A stretch of DNA of 34,921 bases from a virus (lineage: Duplodnaviria > Caudoviricetes): IMG/VR virus record IMGVR_UViG_3300011435_000013, positions 1-34,921 of that record; one strand, 5' to 3'. Shown here piece after piece: positions 34,473 to 34,921 of the stretch. Each line of letters starts with the position of its first letter. Positions within the stretch are counted from its first letter, which is position 1. The notes under the pieces were generated by a model that was not told where the DNA came from, ran no database searches, and was given only the letters and a program-made list of their open reading frames with translations. Made by a program: the position numbers and the translations under genes.

Positions 34473-34921
34473 GACTCGTGAGCTTTGGAAGCTATACCTT
34501 TCCGACTGCGATGGTCGAAGACGGCTTCGGCGGGCGTGACGCGCCCGACACGTTTATCGACACGCCGTTCGGCCCCGTCGACGCGCTCGCCGAGGACGCG
34601 CTCGACTACGGCGAAGACGTGATCACGCGCAGCTTCGACATTGTCTCGACGACGCCGACGGCATTGCAGACTGCACTCGACGCGGCCAGGGGATGCAAGG
34701 GCGTCTTCGCTGCGCTGACCGCCGAGACGTTGAGCGGCAGTGCGGAGCGCTGGACATATGCGCGCTGCGTCAACGTCTCGACGAAGAGAACGAATCGCAA
34801 CTTCGTCTGGCAGCGCGTCACGATGCGTTTTCGACTGCCGTCTGCGCTCTGGAACGGCACGGCGCACGACACGACGCTCTCGATCAGCGACGGGGTTCCG
34901 GTCACGCTCACCAACGGCGGC
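34469..34921 (+). CDS. 5' part of putative distal tail protein (continues at position 1)
   Basis: ATG 34469 overlaps the TMP stop; MRLVSFGSYTFP...; open to the window end. Confidence 0.7.
   Translation, partial: MRLVSFGSYTFPTAMVEDGFGGRDAPDTFIDTPFGPVDALAEDALDYGEDVITRSFDIVSTTPTALQTALDAARGCKGVFAALTAETLSGSAERWTYARCVNVSTKRTNRNFVWQRVTMRFRLPSALWNGTAHDTTLSISDGVPVTLTNGG
34799..34921. repeat. Terminal direct repeat, right copy
   Basis: Identical to 1-123. Confidence 0.97.

Overview
The window looks like a complete, circularly assembled temperate siphovirus genome of about 34,798 bp. Bases 1-123 are repeated exactly at 34799-34921, and one tail gene reads through the join. GC content is high, roughly 63% by eye. 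Layout: (i) a rightward late operon from about 18890 through the join to 6852: small membrane protein, ParB-like protein, C5-cytosine MTase-fold enzyme, CmoA homolog, terS, terL, portal, SGNH esterase, MuF, scaffold, P22-like capsid, head-tail genes, tail tube, frameshifted chaperone, tape measure, Dit and a ~1,900 aa tail-tip/adhesin; (ii) a leftward operon (13321 to 6840) with a replication initiator containing iterons and a two-domain endolysin; (iii) a tyrosine integrase followed by an attP core matching the 3' half of tRNA-Lys(CTT); (iv) an early region with ribbon-helix-helix regulators, a GIY-YIG nuclease and an ERF recombinase. The stand-out system is ParB-like / C5-MTase / CmoA immediately upstream of the terminase. 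The CmoA homolog should make carboxy-SAM, and the MTase carries Arg in place of the conserved motif X Asn (GRAV rather than GNAV). Together these predict DNA 5-carboxymethylcytosine. The genome is also strongly enriched in TCGA except in one apparently foreign gene, and the initiator appears to have plasmid-style leader-peptide/antisense control. All family calls come from motif recognition by eye; no database searches were run. A Chloroflexota host is only a weak guess.
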